A stretch of DNA of 64,000 nucleotides from a virus: positions 39,930-103,929 of the IMG/VR virus record IMGVR_UViG_3300043410_001007; one strand, written 5' to 3'. A program made the translations under genes and the position numbers. Positions 27,989-36,787 of the stretch are shown one piece after another (within the stretch, counting starts at the first letter, position 1; the number at the start of each line of letters is the position of its first letter). The notes beneath the pieces were generated by a model. The model did no database searches and was not told where the DNA came from. It was given only the letters and a program-made list of their open reading frames with translations.

Positions 27989-29074
27989 ATGATAGAAAGT
28001 GAAGATTACTGGGAAGTGCCAGATGGATTAGATACATCACGTTTCAACTTTAGATGGACACCATCAGTAAGAGAAGACGGGCATATCATCGAATTTGGTA
28101 CACAATGGCAGGACACTGGCGGCCCACGATACGTGTGTGCTGGCGCTACTACTACGATCTACAATACCACACAACGTGCGATAAATCTACCAGATAAAAA
28201 AAACTGGCGACTACACCAAGACATAGAATGGACTGACTTTGATTTCAGTTGGCATCCAAACTCAACAGAACTTCCACACAACTATCAATTCTTCGATAGA
28301 GATTATCCAAGAAGTAATACCTATCGTCCAATAGAATACTATCAAGGTCCTAATTTACCAATCAAGGTCATTTCTACACCACGTGCTAAGATAAAATATC
28401 GACCACTAGATATTGTCTACATGAGTAATGGTGAACCAGACGAGGAACTCAGATACAACAGATTATGTGAACTTGCTGGTCGATCAGTTATCTGGGTGCG
28501 TGGTGTAAACGGCAGAGAGAATGCTATTAGACGTGCGGCCGAACTTAGTACTACATCTTGGTTCATACTGTTTCCTGGTAAATTATGGGCAGACCAACAC
28601 TTCGACTTTGACTATCAACCACGCAGAGACTATGAGCCTAAGCACTACATATTCTACGCTACTAATCCCCTAAATGATTTACAGTATGGTCACCAAGCGG
28701 CAGTATGCTATCACAGGGAACTAGTATTAGAAACAATCAACTACGGCTTAGATTTTACAATGAGTAAACTACATGATATCGTACCAGTCAATAGCGGTAT
28801 TGCTCAATACAATGTAAACCCACTCATTACATGGCGAACAGCATTCCGTGAAGCGGTAAAATTATGTGCCGCCAATGACGATGAGAGTAAGCAACGATTA
28901 GAGGTATGGCGAACATACGCTCGTGGCGATAATTGCGAGTGGAGTTTATTAGGCGCACAAGACGGTATCGAATACTACAATCAAGTCAGTGGTGAACATA
29001 GTGAACTAATGAAGACATTCGAGTGGAGTTGGTTAGATAGATATTACAAAGCAAAGTATGAAGTACACAAGTAG
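27989..29074 (+). CDS. Glycosyltransferase-like paralog of 24472 with N-terminal aromatic repeats
   Basis: DIVYMSNGEP...GVNGRENAIRRAA...TWRTAFREAVKL aligns by eye with 24472; the DxD position is replaced by FPGK. Confidence 0.65.
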   Translation: MIESEDYWEVPDGLDTSRFNFRWTPSVREDGHIIEFGTQWQDTGGPRYVCAGATTTIYNTTQRAINLPDKKNWRLHQDIEWTDFDFSWHPNSTELPHNYQFFDRDYPRSNTYRPIEYYQGPNLPIKVISTPRAKIKYRPLDIVYMSNGEPDEELRYNRLCELAGRSVIWVRGVNGRENAIRRAAELSTTSWFILFPGKLWADQHFDFDYQPRRDYEPKHYIFYATNPLNDLQYGHQAAVCYHRELVLETINYGLDFTMSKLHDIVPVNSGIAQYNVNPLITWRTAFREAVKLCAANDDESKQRLEVWRTYARGDNCEWSLLGAQDGIEYYNQVSGEHSELMKTFEWSWLDRYYKAKYEVHK

Positions 29075-29663
29075 AGTAGATGGTACTGAGATTCTAGTAC
29101 CAATCAATCCGGAACTACGCAACGCTATTATGATTAGTGGCGGCCTAGATAGCGCAGTGCTACTAGCGATACTAGCAAGTAATGGTATCATGCCAACTAC
29201 ATTCACAATCGATAAGAGCGATGGGTCATACAATAACACGGTCAAACTAATCGACTGGATGAATACTAGATGGTCGTGGACAATCCCGCATCCCATCAAA
29301 GTAGGTGACACGACTCTACATCACAGCCAGCAAGGTAAGTCAGCCGTTATTCAGATACTAGAGAACAACTGGTGCGATCTCCTGTACAACGCAATCAATC
29401 AAAACCCACCAGAACTAGAAGATTTACCAGGCGCACCAAACAGAACAATCAACAACCCACCAAAGAAACTAGTCATACCATTCTTTCTCTTACAGAAAAC
29501 ACATATCATCGACTTGATGTTCCAACTAAATTTACAGGAGTTATCTGACCATACTCATAGTTGTACTGAGCAGACCGAGGGAAGATGTAATCAATGTTGG
29601 CAATGTACTGAGCGTAAATTTGCTTTTGAAAAATTAGGATTTTTAGATACCGGTATCTATTGA
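29058..29663 (+). CDS. QueC-like PP-loop ATPase
   Basis: ISGGLDS PP-loop and C-terminal SCTEQTEGRCNQCWQCTER zinc motif. Confidence 0.75.
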   Translation: MKYTSRVDGTEILVPINPELRNAIMISGGLDSAVLLAILASNGIMPTTFTIDKSDGSYNNTVKLIDWMNTRWSWTIPHPIKVGDTTLHHSQQGKSAVIQILENNWCDLLYNAINQNPPELEDLPGAPNRTINNPPKKLVIPFFLLQKTHIIDLMFQLNLQELSDHTHSCTEQTEGRCNQCWQCTERKFAFEKLGFLDTGIY

Positions 29664-29738
29664 TCCAAAATCTATTGACGAACTTTAAAATTATGCTAAA
29701 CTATCTCTAATGTCTAACGACAGAACAAAGGAAACACA

Positions 29739-30272
29739 ATGAAGAAAATTCTAGCAATCGCGGCCTTAGCCGTAACATCCCAAGCGTTTGCCGCTGACTA
29801 TGTATCAGTATCAGTTGAGAACGTACAAGGTCGCAAAGGCGCTCAAGACAGTACTGCTCAGTACGTTCGTGCTGGCAAGTCATTCGGTGACTATCAACTA
29901 GGTCTACAATCACGCACTGCTAAGTTCGCTGATAACACAATTGGTCAAAGCCTAGAGACTACTATCGCTAACACTAAGTTCAACTTAGCTGGCATCACCC
30001 CATTCGTTGGCGCTGGTCACGATATCAAGGGCTACAACTACGGCTTAGTCGGCGCTACATACGGCGTTAAAGTTGGCCCAGGCTTCGCACTAGCTGGTGT
30101 TAAGACTCGTGTTGGCTCAACCGAAGATGGCGCCCGTACTAAGCAAACAGTTTCGTTCGCACAGTACTCATTGCCAGTTGCTAAGAATGTTTCATTTGAT
30201 GTAAGTGCCTCACATAGCGCACAGACAATCAAAGAGAACGCTCTTGGTTTAGGTGTATCAATCGGTTTCTAA
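29739..30272 (+). CDS. Outer-membrane beta-barrel protein
   Basis: Sec signal peptide (MKKILAIAALAVTSQAFA), alternating amphipathic strands, C-terminal GLGVSIGF (BAM signal), AAGGA SD. Confidence 0.75.
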   Translation: MKKILAIAALAVTSQAFAADYVSVSVENVQGRKGAQDSTAQYVRAGKSFGDYQLGLQSRTAKFADNTIGQSLETTIANTKFNLAGITPFVGAGHDIKGYNYGLVGATYGVKVGPGFALAGVKTRVGSTEDGARTKQTVSFAQYSLPVAKNVSFDVSASHSAQTIKENALGLGVSIGF

Positions 30273-30328
30273 TCCCAGTTAGATTCTCGATGGGTGTAGT
30301 CAACCCAACAACTACACCAACATCCTAT

Positions 30329-30358
30329 AGCCCACTTTCGTAGTGGGCTTTTTCTTTT
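30329..30358 (+). terminator. Rho-independent terminator
   Basis: AGCCCACT-ttcgt-AGTGGGCT followed by TTTTCTTTT. Confidence 0.85.
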
Positions 30359-30385
30359 GGAATAAATAACTCCGAGGATAACACT

Positions 30386-30562
30386 ATGAATGATAAAGAA
30401 TGGCTAGATAAAGTAACAAAGGCAGCCGCAGTGTACAACGACGATAGATTACATACTGACTTTCAAGAAGATGAAGTGTTGAAGTTTGTAGAGTACTTAC
30501 ATAGACAATACGGCTACGAATACAACAAACCTCAGCCGCGGCATAGAAATACACCGCGATGA
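30386..30562 (+). CDS. 58-aa hypothetical protein (not in ORF track)
   Basis: MNDKEWLDKV...RNTPR; GAGG SD, ATAAATA at 30362, ATGA overlap with the next gene. Confidence 0.7.
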   Translation: MNDKEWLDKVTKAAAVYNDDRLHTDFQEDEVLKFVEYLHRQYGYEYNKPQPRHRNTPR

Positions 30563-30825
30563 AAGTCACTCATAGTTTAGACTGGGATCAAGTTCGCAAC
30601 AGCTTGAAAGACCAACTCAATCAACTCAGTTACAACAGTGACTTGCGTAAGATGCTGAAAACGATAGACACCCTAGTAGCTGACTTATCGAAATTAGAAG
30701 TCGAAGCACGACAGCACGGTAACCGCGGCAGTTACCAATCACGATGTGAGAGCAAAGTAGAAGAAATCAATAACGCTATCAACAATCTCGACAAATGGAT
30801 CACAATGGCCGCCCTACTAGAATAA
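30559..30825 (+). CDS. Hypothetical coiled-coil protein
   Basis: Translationally coupled, helical. Confidence 0.6.
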   Translation: MKVTHSLDWDQVRNSLKDQLNQLSYNSDLRKMLKTIDTLVADLSKLEVEARQHGNRGSYQSRCESKVEEINNAINNLDKWITMAALLE

Positions 30826-30826
30826 T

Positions 30827-30855
30827 TTGACAATAAATCACATTCCATGTACACT
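30827..30855 (+). promoter_or_regulatory. Sigma70-type early promoter
   Basis: TTGACA-N17-TACACT. Confidence 0.8.
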
Positions 30856-30878
30856 CTCTAAATCGTAAATCAACAGGA

Positions 30879-31115
30879 GTGAATATGAAACGATTAGTAC
30901 TACTTTTGGCCTTGGTATCCCTCACCGCATTTGCCGAGGGAATCCACGACAAACGAATAGCCGAAATCAAGGCAGAGATTGCCCAACGACAGGCTGCCGT
31001 CGACCAGATGAAGGTCCAGGGTCTTCCAACTGGTCGCCATGAGTTTCCTATCTTCCGCCTCAAAGCAGAGCTGGCCAAGCTCGAGGACATGAACATCGAA
31101 ATTTCCAAAAATTGA
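30879..31115 (+). CDS. Small exported protein
   Basis: Signal peptide MKRLVLLLALVSLTAFA; AGGAG SD favours the ATG at 30885. Confidence 0.65.
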   Translation: MNMKRLVLLLALVSLTAFAEGIHDKRIAEIKAEIAQRQAAVDQMKVQGLPTGRHEFPIFRLKAELAKLEDMNIEISKN

Positions 31116-31140
31116 CAATAAATCGTCTTCCTGTTACAAT
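31112..31140 (+). promoter_or_regulatory. Sigma70-type early promoter (repeat copy)
   Basis: TTGACA-N17-TACAAT. Confidence 0.85.
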
Positions 31141-31169
31141 ACTTGTATTGAAACTGACAAGGAAGCGAT

Positions 31170-31412
31170 ATGACTGAATTTGAAACCAAGTGCTACGGTA
31201 TGTCTGAACAAGAAATCCGCCAGCAGTACATGGAAAGTATTACTGCTAAGTTCACAGGACTGGAAATGGTAGTCATGGGTATCATGTCAGATTGTCAGGA
31301 AATGATGGCAATGGGTACTGGGCCACGCTCAGTTGAGTATGTTCGTAAACACATGAATATCGCTAAGTTCATTCTGTCAGAAATGATGGAAGCCAAGCGT
31401 TCCAAAATTTGA
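31170..31412 (+). CDS. Small early hypothetical protein
   Basis: AAGGA SD; lies between promoter repeats. Confidence 0.7.
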   Translation: MTEFETKCYGMSEQEIRQQYMESITAKFTGLEMVVMGIMSDCQEMMAMGTGPRSVEYVRKHMNIAKFILSEMMEAKRSKI

Positions 31413-31437
31413 CAATAAATCGATAACCTGCTACAAT
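31409..31437 (+). promoter_or_regulatory. Sigma70-type early promoter (repeat copy)
   Basis: TTGACA-N17-TACAAT. Confidence 0.85.
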
Positions 31438-31467
31438 ACTTGTATTGAAACTTAGACGGAGATAGAA

Positions 31468-31767
31468 ATGTCAGCACTTACCGAATATACCCTGGAAATC
31501 TACAAAGCCGACAAACGCATCAAAAAAGACGAGCGTTATGGCCGTAATCGGGTGGGTCTCCGCTTTGTTGAAGTCCTGGACTTTGCTCCTAGTACTAAAG
31601 ATTACATTTCTACGGTTGCTGACGCTAAGCGCAAGGAAGGCTATGTGGTCAATGTGTTCGAGACCTATGTAACGGTCAAAAATCTTATGACTGGTGCTCC
31701 TGTCAAAGAGCGCTACGACACTCCCTACGGCTGTTCTGTTGCTTCTGAGCGCTACTTCACAATGTAA
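31468..31767 (+). CDS. Small early hypothetical protein
   Basis: GGAG SD; C-terminal TPYGCSVASERYFTM. Confidence 0.7.
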   Translation: MSALTEYTLEIYKADKRIKKDERYGRNRVGLRFVEVLDFAPSTKDYISTVADAKRKEGYVVNVFETYVTVKNLMTGAPVKERYDTPYGCSVASERYFTM

Positions 31768-31783
31768 TTGGATCAACTATCAG

Positions 31784-31812
31784 TTGACACAAACACAAAC
31801 CTCGTTTACAAT
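31784..31812 (+). promoter_or_regulatory. Sigma70-type promoter
   Basis: TTGACA-N17-TACAAT. Confidence 0.85.
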
Positions 31813-31847
31813 CACTACATCAATTTTTTAACTCAAAGGAAACTTAA

Positions 31848-32954
31848 ATGTCCGCATCTGTATCTGACGTCCATAGCGTCAACGCCATCGCCGCTCGTAA
31901 AGCACTACTCACCGCATTCGCTGTGAATCGTCCCGTATTCTTGTGGGGTCCTCCTGGTATCGGTAAGTCCGAAGTCGTTGCTGAGATTACCGAGGAACTT
32001 GGCGGCTACATGGTAGACTTGCGTATGGCCCAGATGGAACCTACGGACATCCGTGGCATTCCCTTCTTCAATAAAGATATCGGCAAGATGGACTGGGCAC
32101 CTCCTGTTGACTTGCCCGACGAGGAACTTGCTTCTCAGTATCCCGTAATCGTCCTGTTCTTGGATGAAATGAACTCTGCCGCACCTAGTGTACAAGCCGC
32201 CGGTTATCAACTTATTCTCAACCGTCGTGTTGGTAAGTATGTTCTCCCTGACAATGTTGTAATCGTTGCCGCTGGTAACCGTGATAGTGACAAGGGCGTT
32301 ACCTATCGTATGCCCATGCCGCTTGCTAACCGCTTTGTTCACGTTGAAATGAAGCCTGACTTTACATCATGGCAAGCATGGGCTCTCGACAATGACATTC
32401 ACCGTGATGTTGTTGGTTACCTCTCATTCGCTAAGAGTGATATGTATGACTTCGATGCTAAGTCCTCTTCTAAGGCATTTGCTACACCTCGTTCGTGGGT
32501 ATTTGTTAGCCAGTTGCTACAAAAAGAAGACGACATGGACACTGATACCCTGTTCACTCTTGTATCAGGTAGTGTCGGTGAAGGTCTTGCCGCAAAATTC
32601 ATGGCTCACCGCAAGTTCGCTGGTCGTCTGCCCAAAGCCGAAGACATCCTGTCCGGCAAAGTAACTGACCTCGATGTAAAAGAAGTCTCTGCTATGTATT
32701 CACTGACCGTTAGCTTGTGCTACGAGTTGCGTGATGCTAAGGAAAACAAAGTCGCACCTGACGAGTTGAACAAGATGACTGACAACTTCATCACCTACAT
32801 GATGAAAAACTTCGAGACTGAGTTGGTCATCATGGGTGCTAAGACTGCGCTGGTATCTTACGGTATCCCGCTGAACCCAATGAAGATGAAGTCTTTTGAC
32901 GAATTCAACAAGAAGTTCGGCAAGTTCATCAAGGCAGCCGCAGCCACACGCTAA
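31848..32954 (+). CDS. MoxR-type AAA+ ATPase
   Basis: Walker A GPPGIGKS, Walker B LFLDEMN, AAGN sensor, LANRF arginine finger, TPRSW. Confidence 0.9.
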   Translation: MSASVSDVHSVNAIAARKALLTAFAVNRPVFLWGPPGIGKSEVVAEITEELGGYMVDLRMAQMEPTDIRGIPFFNKDIGKMDWAPPVDLPDEELASQYPVIVLFLDEMNSAAPSVQAAGYQLILNRRVGKYVLPDNVVIVAAGNRDSDKGVTYRMPMPLANRFVHVEMKPDFTSWQAWALDNDIHRDVVGYLSFAKSDMYDFDAKSSSKAFATPRSWVFVSQLLQKEDDMDTDTLFTLVSGSVGEGLAAKFMAHRKFAGRLPKAEDILSGKVTDLDVKEVSAMYSLTVSLCYELRDAKENKVAPDELNKMTDNFITYMMKNFETELVIMGAKTALVSYGIPLNPMKMKSFDEFNKKFGKFIKAAAATR

Positions 32955-32961
32955 AAGCCTC

Positions 32962-32999
32962 AACCCAGACTTGACAAACGTTCAAGTCTGGGTTATAAT
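32962..32999 (+). promoter_or_regulatory. Perfect consensus sigma70 promoter embedded in a 13-bp inverted repeat
   Basis: TTGACA (32971)-N17-TATAAT (32994); AACCCAGACTTGA-N7-TCAAGTCTGGGTT. Confidence 0.85.
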
Positions 33000-33023
33000 A
33001 TACTTTTACTCACTGGATTTCGT

Positions 33024-34307
33024 ATGACCACAATGACGACCGCTACAAAAAAGAAAAGCAAAAATAAAGACCAGTTCGATAATTTGATTGGACCAGTGGA
33101 TCGTGCTATTGATAACGAGGCCCGTGACCGCCTTATTATCGCTCGTACATCACTCTTACTAAAGCACTCATTCTTCGGTAACCTCGCCACTCGCTTGAAA
33201 TTAGTCAACGCTGACGAATGGTTGCCTACGGCCGCTACGGACGGCAAACACTTCTATTACAATAGTCGCTTCATTATGATGTTGCGCCCTGGCGAGGTAG
33301 AATTCCTAGTCGGTCACGAAGTTCTCCACGTTGTGTATGACCACATGGGTCGCCGTGATGACCGTGACCCACAGATGTGGAACATTGCCGATGACTATGC
33401 GGTCAATGCTGATTTGAAGCGTCATCGTGTTGGTGACTTCATTACCTCTGTACCATGCTTGTATGAAAGCAAGTATGACGGCAAGGGCGCTGAGCATATC
33501 TATGATGACTTGATGAAGAACGCTAAGAACATCGACCTCGACTCCCTGCTCGATCAACTGCTCGATCAACACATGGACGAGCAAGACGGTGATGGTGACG
33601 GTGATGACGACAACGAAGGCAAGGGCCCTGCTAAAATGTCGCAAGAGGAGCGTGACCAACTCAAGCAAGAAATCAAGCAGAATATCATCAACGCCGCTCG
33701 TCAAGCTAAGGAAGCTGGTCACTCATTGCCCGGTGAAGTTGAGCGCATGGTAAACGATATTACCGAGCCCAAGATGCCCTGGCGTGAGTTGATTCAAGCG
33801 AACTTGACTGCTACTATTCGCACTGACTATTCATTCATGCGCCCGTCTCGTCGTAGCTGGCACATGGACGCTATCATGGCAGGTCGTGCGCCTGGTGAAG
33901 AAGTCGATATCGTTGTAGCACTTGACACTTCGGGTAGTATCTCTAATGATGATATCAAGGTATTCTTGGGTGAAATTCAAGGTATCATGGATTCATTCTC
34001 GGGTTACAAAATCAAAGTATTCTGCTTCGACACTGGCACTCACAATCCCGCTGAGTACACTAGTGAGAACCTTGAAAGTATTACTGAGTATATTCCTGGC
34101 GGTGGCGGTGGCACAGACTTTACTTGTATCTTCAAGTACTTGAAAGAGGAAGCAATCGTTCCTAATCGCTTGGTAGTGTTTACTGATATGTGTCCGTTCG
34201 GTAGTTGGGGTGATCCTGATTATTGCGACACTACCTGGATCGGCGTAGGCAGTTACGCTAAGTCAGTGACTCCTCCTTGGGGAGCCTGGGCATACTATAC
34301 TGAGTAA
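33024..34307 (+). CDS. Metallopeptidase-VWA protein (DUF2201-like), AAA partner
   Basis: TAATDG, HEVLH (HExxH), MIDAS DTSGS, GGGGTDF, VVFTD. Confidence 0.85.
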   Translation: MTTMTTATKKKSKNKDQFDNLIGPVDRAIDNEARDRLIIARTSLLLKHSFFGNLATRLKLVNADEWLPTAATDGKHFYYNSRFIMMLRPGEVEFLVGHEVLHVVYDHMGRRDDRDPQMWNIADDYAVNADLKRHRVGDFITSVPCLYESKYDGKGAEHIYDDLMKNAKNIDLDSLLDQLLDQHMDEQDGDGDGDDDNEGKGPAKMSQEERDQLKQEIKQNIINAARQAKEAGHSLPGEVERMVNDITEPKMPWRELIQANLTATIRTDYSFMRPSRRSWHMDAIMAGRAPGEEVDIVVALDTSGSISNDDIKVFLGEIQGIMDSFSGYKIKVFCFDTGTHNPAEYTSENLESITEYIPGGGGGTDFTCIFKYLKEEAIVPNRLVVFTDMCPFGSWGDPDYCDTTWIGVGSYAKSVTPPWGAWAYYTE

Positions 34308-34528
34308 TGTCTATCGTAAACAAGAGTGAAGAAATCACCACTATTATCTATGAGGATGGTAGTGGTGAAGTCTATCGTAGAAATGACTTCAATTCACCAT
34401 ACGTGTATCGAGGCACGACAATCACCAGATGGATGGAGTGGTTAGATGTTCTCCAAAAGGCAGAGAAACATCCTGAGTTTGAAAAGCTACTAGATGAAGT
34501 AGAGACCTTATATCGGATGATACGATGA
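34307..34528 (+). CDS. Hypothetical protein
   Basis: TAATG-coupled. Confidence 0.55.
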   Translation: MSIVNKSEEITTIIYEDGSGEVYRRNDFNSPYVYRGTTITRWMEWLDVLQKAEKHPEFEKLLDEVETLYRMIR

Positions 34529-34854
34529 GAGACACTGAACATACATATGTTATCATGTGGACACCCGATGATATCCTTGAATTGATTGACTTTACCGCAC
34601 ATGAACAGAATCAGCTAGTGATGATACTAGCGGATGATCCTAACGCACATCTCGTCGGTAATCCAATCAGAACAATGGTAATCGATTCTGTCTTAGATAA
34701 GAAGAACCACAGAGAGATATGGCAATTTGAGAGCCTACTTACAGCAGAAGAAATCTGCGACGAGTGGGAAAAAGACAAACAATCAGTCATGGACGAAATC
34801 CGTGATGTTGGTACGCTATTGTACGATACAGTTGGAAGGATAGTAAGATGCTAA
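34525..34854 (+). CDS. Hypothetical protein
   Basis: ATGA-coupled. Confidence 0.6.
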   Translation: MRDTEHTYVIMWTPDDILELIDFTAHEQNQLVMILADDPNAHLVGNPIRTMVIDSVLDKKNHREIWQFESLLTAEEICDEWEKDKQSVMDEIRDVGTLLYDTVGRIVRC

Positions 34855-35252
34855 TTGGAACAAGTTTGGGACGTTGTATGACCAGTATTCTAGCTGGCGA
34901 AGTCAAGAAAGAGGACGTGGTAGTGATTATCACACGCACTTATGCGCCCGACTATGACAGATTCATTGGTGTAGTAAACGCATACTATGAGCAGGGTAAC
35001 CCCTATGCTAGTAATGTAGGCTACTCTCTGGGTGAGTTCGAGCGTGATGATGTGATTGACCTTGCGTACTATCTATGGCATAGTGGCAAGATTCATCAAC
35101 CACGAACATTTAGTGAAGACACCGGCTATGTACATGAAGACCTAGCCAGTACCTTATGGTTAGATATTGTACCCGTGCCTAGCAAGTACGGTAATGAGAG
35201 CGTACTAGCCGCCTGGGAAAACTATCGCACACTTGCCGCCTTAGTAAAATAA
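34848..35252 (+). CDS. Hypothetical protein
   Basis: Overlapping start, AAGGA SD. Confidence 0.6.
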   Translation: MLIGTSLGRCMTSILAGEVKKEDVVVIITRTYAPDYDRFIGVVNAYYEQGNPYASNVGYSLGEFERDDVIDLAYYLWHSGKIHQPRTFSEDTGYVHEDLASTLWLDIVPVPSKYGNESVLAAWENYRTLAALVK

Positions 35253-35314
35253 ATTTTAGGAGTGCCATGGTACTCTAAATACTCAAACTCTAAATTTATA
35301 GAAGGAGAGTACTC

Positions 35315-36010
35315 ATGGCACAACCATTCATCAAACACGTAGGTAAAATCGGCGACCGTAAGGTAGCAATCGTATTCCGTGAGATTCCTGACGAATCTCA
35401 TATGGCACTAGTGGTCTATACTCAGTTGCTAAATCAAAACATCCACGACCCGCTAATGGCGGCTATCGAAAGTCCTGCTGGTCAAAAAGCAGCCAATCTA
35501 GCAGATGAATTGAATCGCACATATACACGTGACGGTAAAATCATTCTACAGGTTCTCCATCATGAAGGTATGTTGAAGAAGGTTCAAACAGACCAAATCA
35601 TCATGACTCCCACCACTAATCCAAAGCAACACATTCGTTTGAACGAATTGAATACTATGTTGACTGAGATGGAAAAGGGTGAAGCGGCAGTCCAGAAAAT
35701 GAAAGAACTAGACGAAAGTCGCGGTCTTCAAGATCCAAAAGATGTAGCTCGTCGTATGCGTGGTGACCCACCAAAAGTACCATCACAGCCACTACAGGCA
35801 AGCGGCAATGACGCTCTTGGTGATCAAGTACTAGCAAACAACTTACGTCAACAAGCACAGCGTATGGCCAACGAAGCACGTGGTCTACTAGCAGAATCCG
35901 ATCGCTTACTACAAGAGGCCCAACAACTAGATGGTCCAGCGATAAATACTGTAGCCGAACCAGCTAAGGCTAAAAAGCCTAGAGCGAAGAAGGCGTCAGT
36001 AACAGGATAA
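35315..36010 (+). CDS. Hypothetical phage protein
   Basis: AAGGAG SD, CTAAATA at 35275, basic C-terminal tail. Confidence 0.65.
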   Translation: MAQPFIKHVGKIGDRKVAIVFREIPDESHMALVVYTQLLNQNIHDPLMAAIESPAGQKAANLADELNRTYTRDGKIILQVLHHEGMLKKVQTDQIIMTPTTNPKQHIRLNELNTMLTEMEKGEAAVQKMKELDESRGLQDPKDVARRMRGDPPKVPSQPLQASGNDALGDQVLANNLRQQAQRMANEARGLLAESDRLLQEAQQLDGPAINTVAEPAKAKKPRAKKASVTG

Positions 36011-36017
36011 TAATACT

Positions 36018-36317
36018 ATGGCACCCGAACTCTTTGAAAAGTGGGAACACATCATCCAAGACGTTGAGAAGTCAAAAATTCCAGTAGAGTTCATCAAGAA
36101 ATTGATTGTAAAACTACAAGGGCGCCGTCAGCGAACAATCAACGTCAAACTCCTACTTGAGCAGGGTATGGAGCCAGATGAAATCGAAGAAGCAATCTCC
36201 ATCAAATTAGAAGAATACGATGAAGAAATGATCAGCATCGAATTCGTTTTAGATATTGAGAATATTGCTGATATCGTTCAACCGGAAACAGATAATCTAT
36301 TACGTGGATTGAAATGA
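36018..36317 (+). CDS. Hypothetical acidic protein
   Basis: AGGA SD, coupled to DHFR. Confidence 0.6.
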   Translation: MAPELFEKWEHIIQDVEKSKIPVEFIKKLIVKLQGRRQRTINVKLLLEQGMEPDEIEEAISIKLEEYDEEMISIEFVLDIENIADIVQPETDNLLRGLK

Positions 36318-36775
36318 AGGCTATCTTTGCAGTGGATGCTATTGGCGGATTCGGTACACCCACCGGTCTGCCGTGGCCTCATAATAGCGTTGATATGCGG
36401 CGCTTCAAGGCACTAACTAGTGGTGCTACTGTGATAATGGGTAGCGGAACATGGCGAAGTGATATGCCTAAGCCACTGCCCAATCGTCGCAACATTGTAT
36501 TATCACGCACGTTAGAAGACCAACGTTGTGAAGTGTATCGCGGCATCACAGAACTCACAATGAATATCGCACAAGATGAACCCGTGTGGGTAATCGGCGG
36601 AGCAGAAACACTTTGGAAACTTCGCCCGTTCATAAACACGGTGTATCTCACACGATTCAAACTCATTACCAAATCAACAGTAACAATGAAGACTGACCTC
36701 TTCTTAGAAGGATTCAATTTATCCAAAACCGAAGATTTTGGTGACCACACGCTTGACATCTACACACGAGCGTGA
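36314..36775 (+). CDS. folA: Dihydrofolate reductase
   Basis: GLPW...DMRRFK...VIMG...KPLPNRRNIVLSR...VIGGA. Confidence 0.92.
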   Translation: MKAIFAVDAIGGFGTPTGLPWPHNSVDMRRFKALTSGATVIMGSGTWRSDMPKPLPNRRNIVLSRTLEDQRCEVYRGITELTMNIAQDEPVWVIGGAETLWKLRPFINTVYLTRFKLITKSTVTMKTDLFLEGFNLSKTEDFGDHTLDIYTRA

Positions 36776-36781
36776 TATCAT
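36753..36781 (+). promoter_or_regulatory. Sigma70 promoter for thyA
   Basis: TTGACA-N17-TATCAT, 6 nt before the ATG. Confidence 0.7.
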
Positions 36782-36787
36782 GGATAC

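Noticed and set aside
29058-29663. Complete 7-deazaguanine DNA modification pathway
   Set aside because: No folE, queD, queE or dpdA is recognisable here, and the radical SAM protein is too long and differently organised for QueE. The pathway cannot be excluded elsewhere in the genome.
30820-31460. Repeats as a CRISPR array
   Set aside because: Only 2-3 copies, separated by whole genes of about 250 bp, matching promoter consensus; no cas genes.
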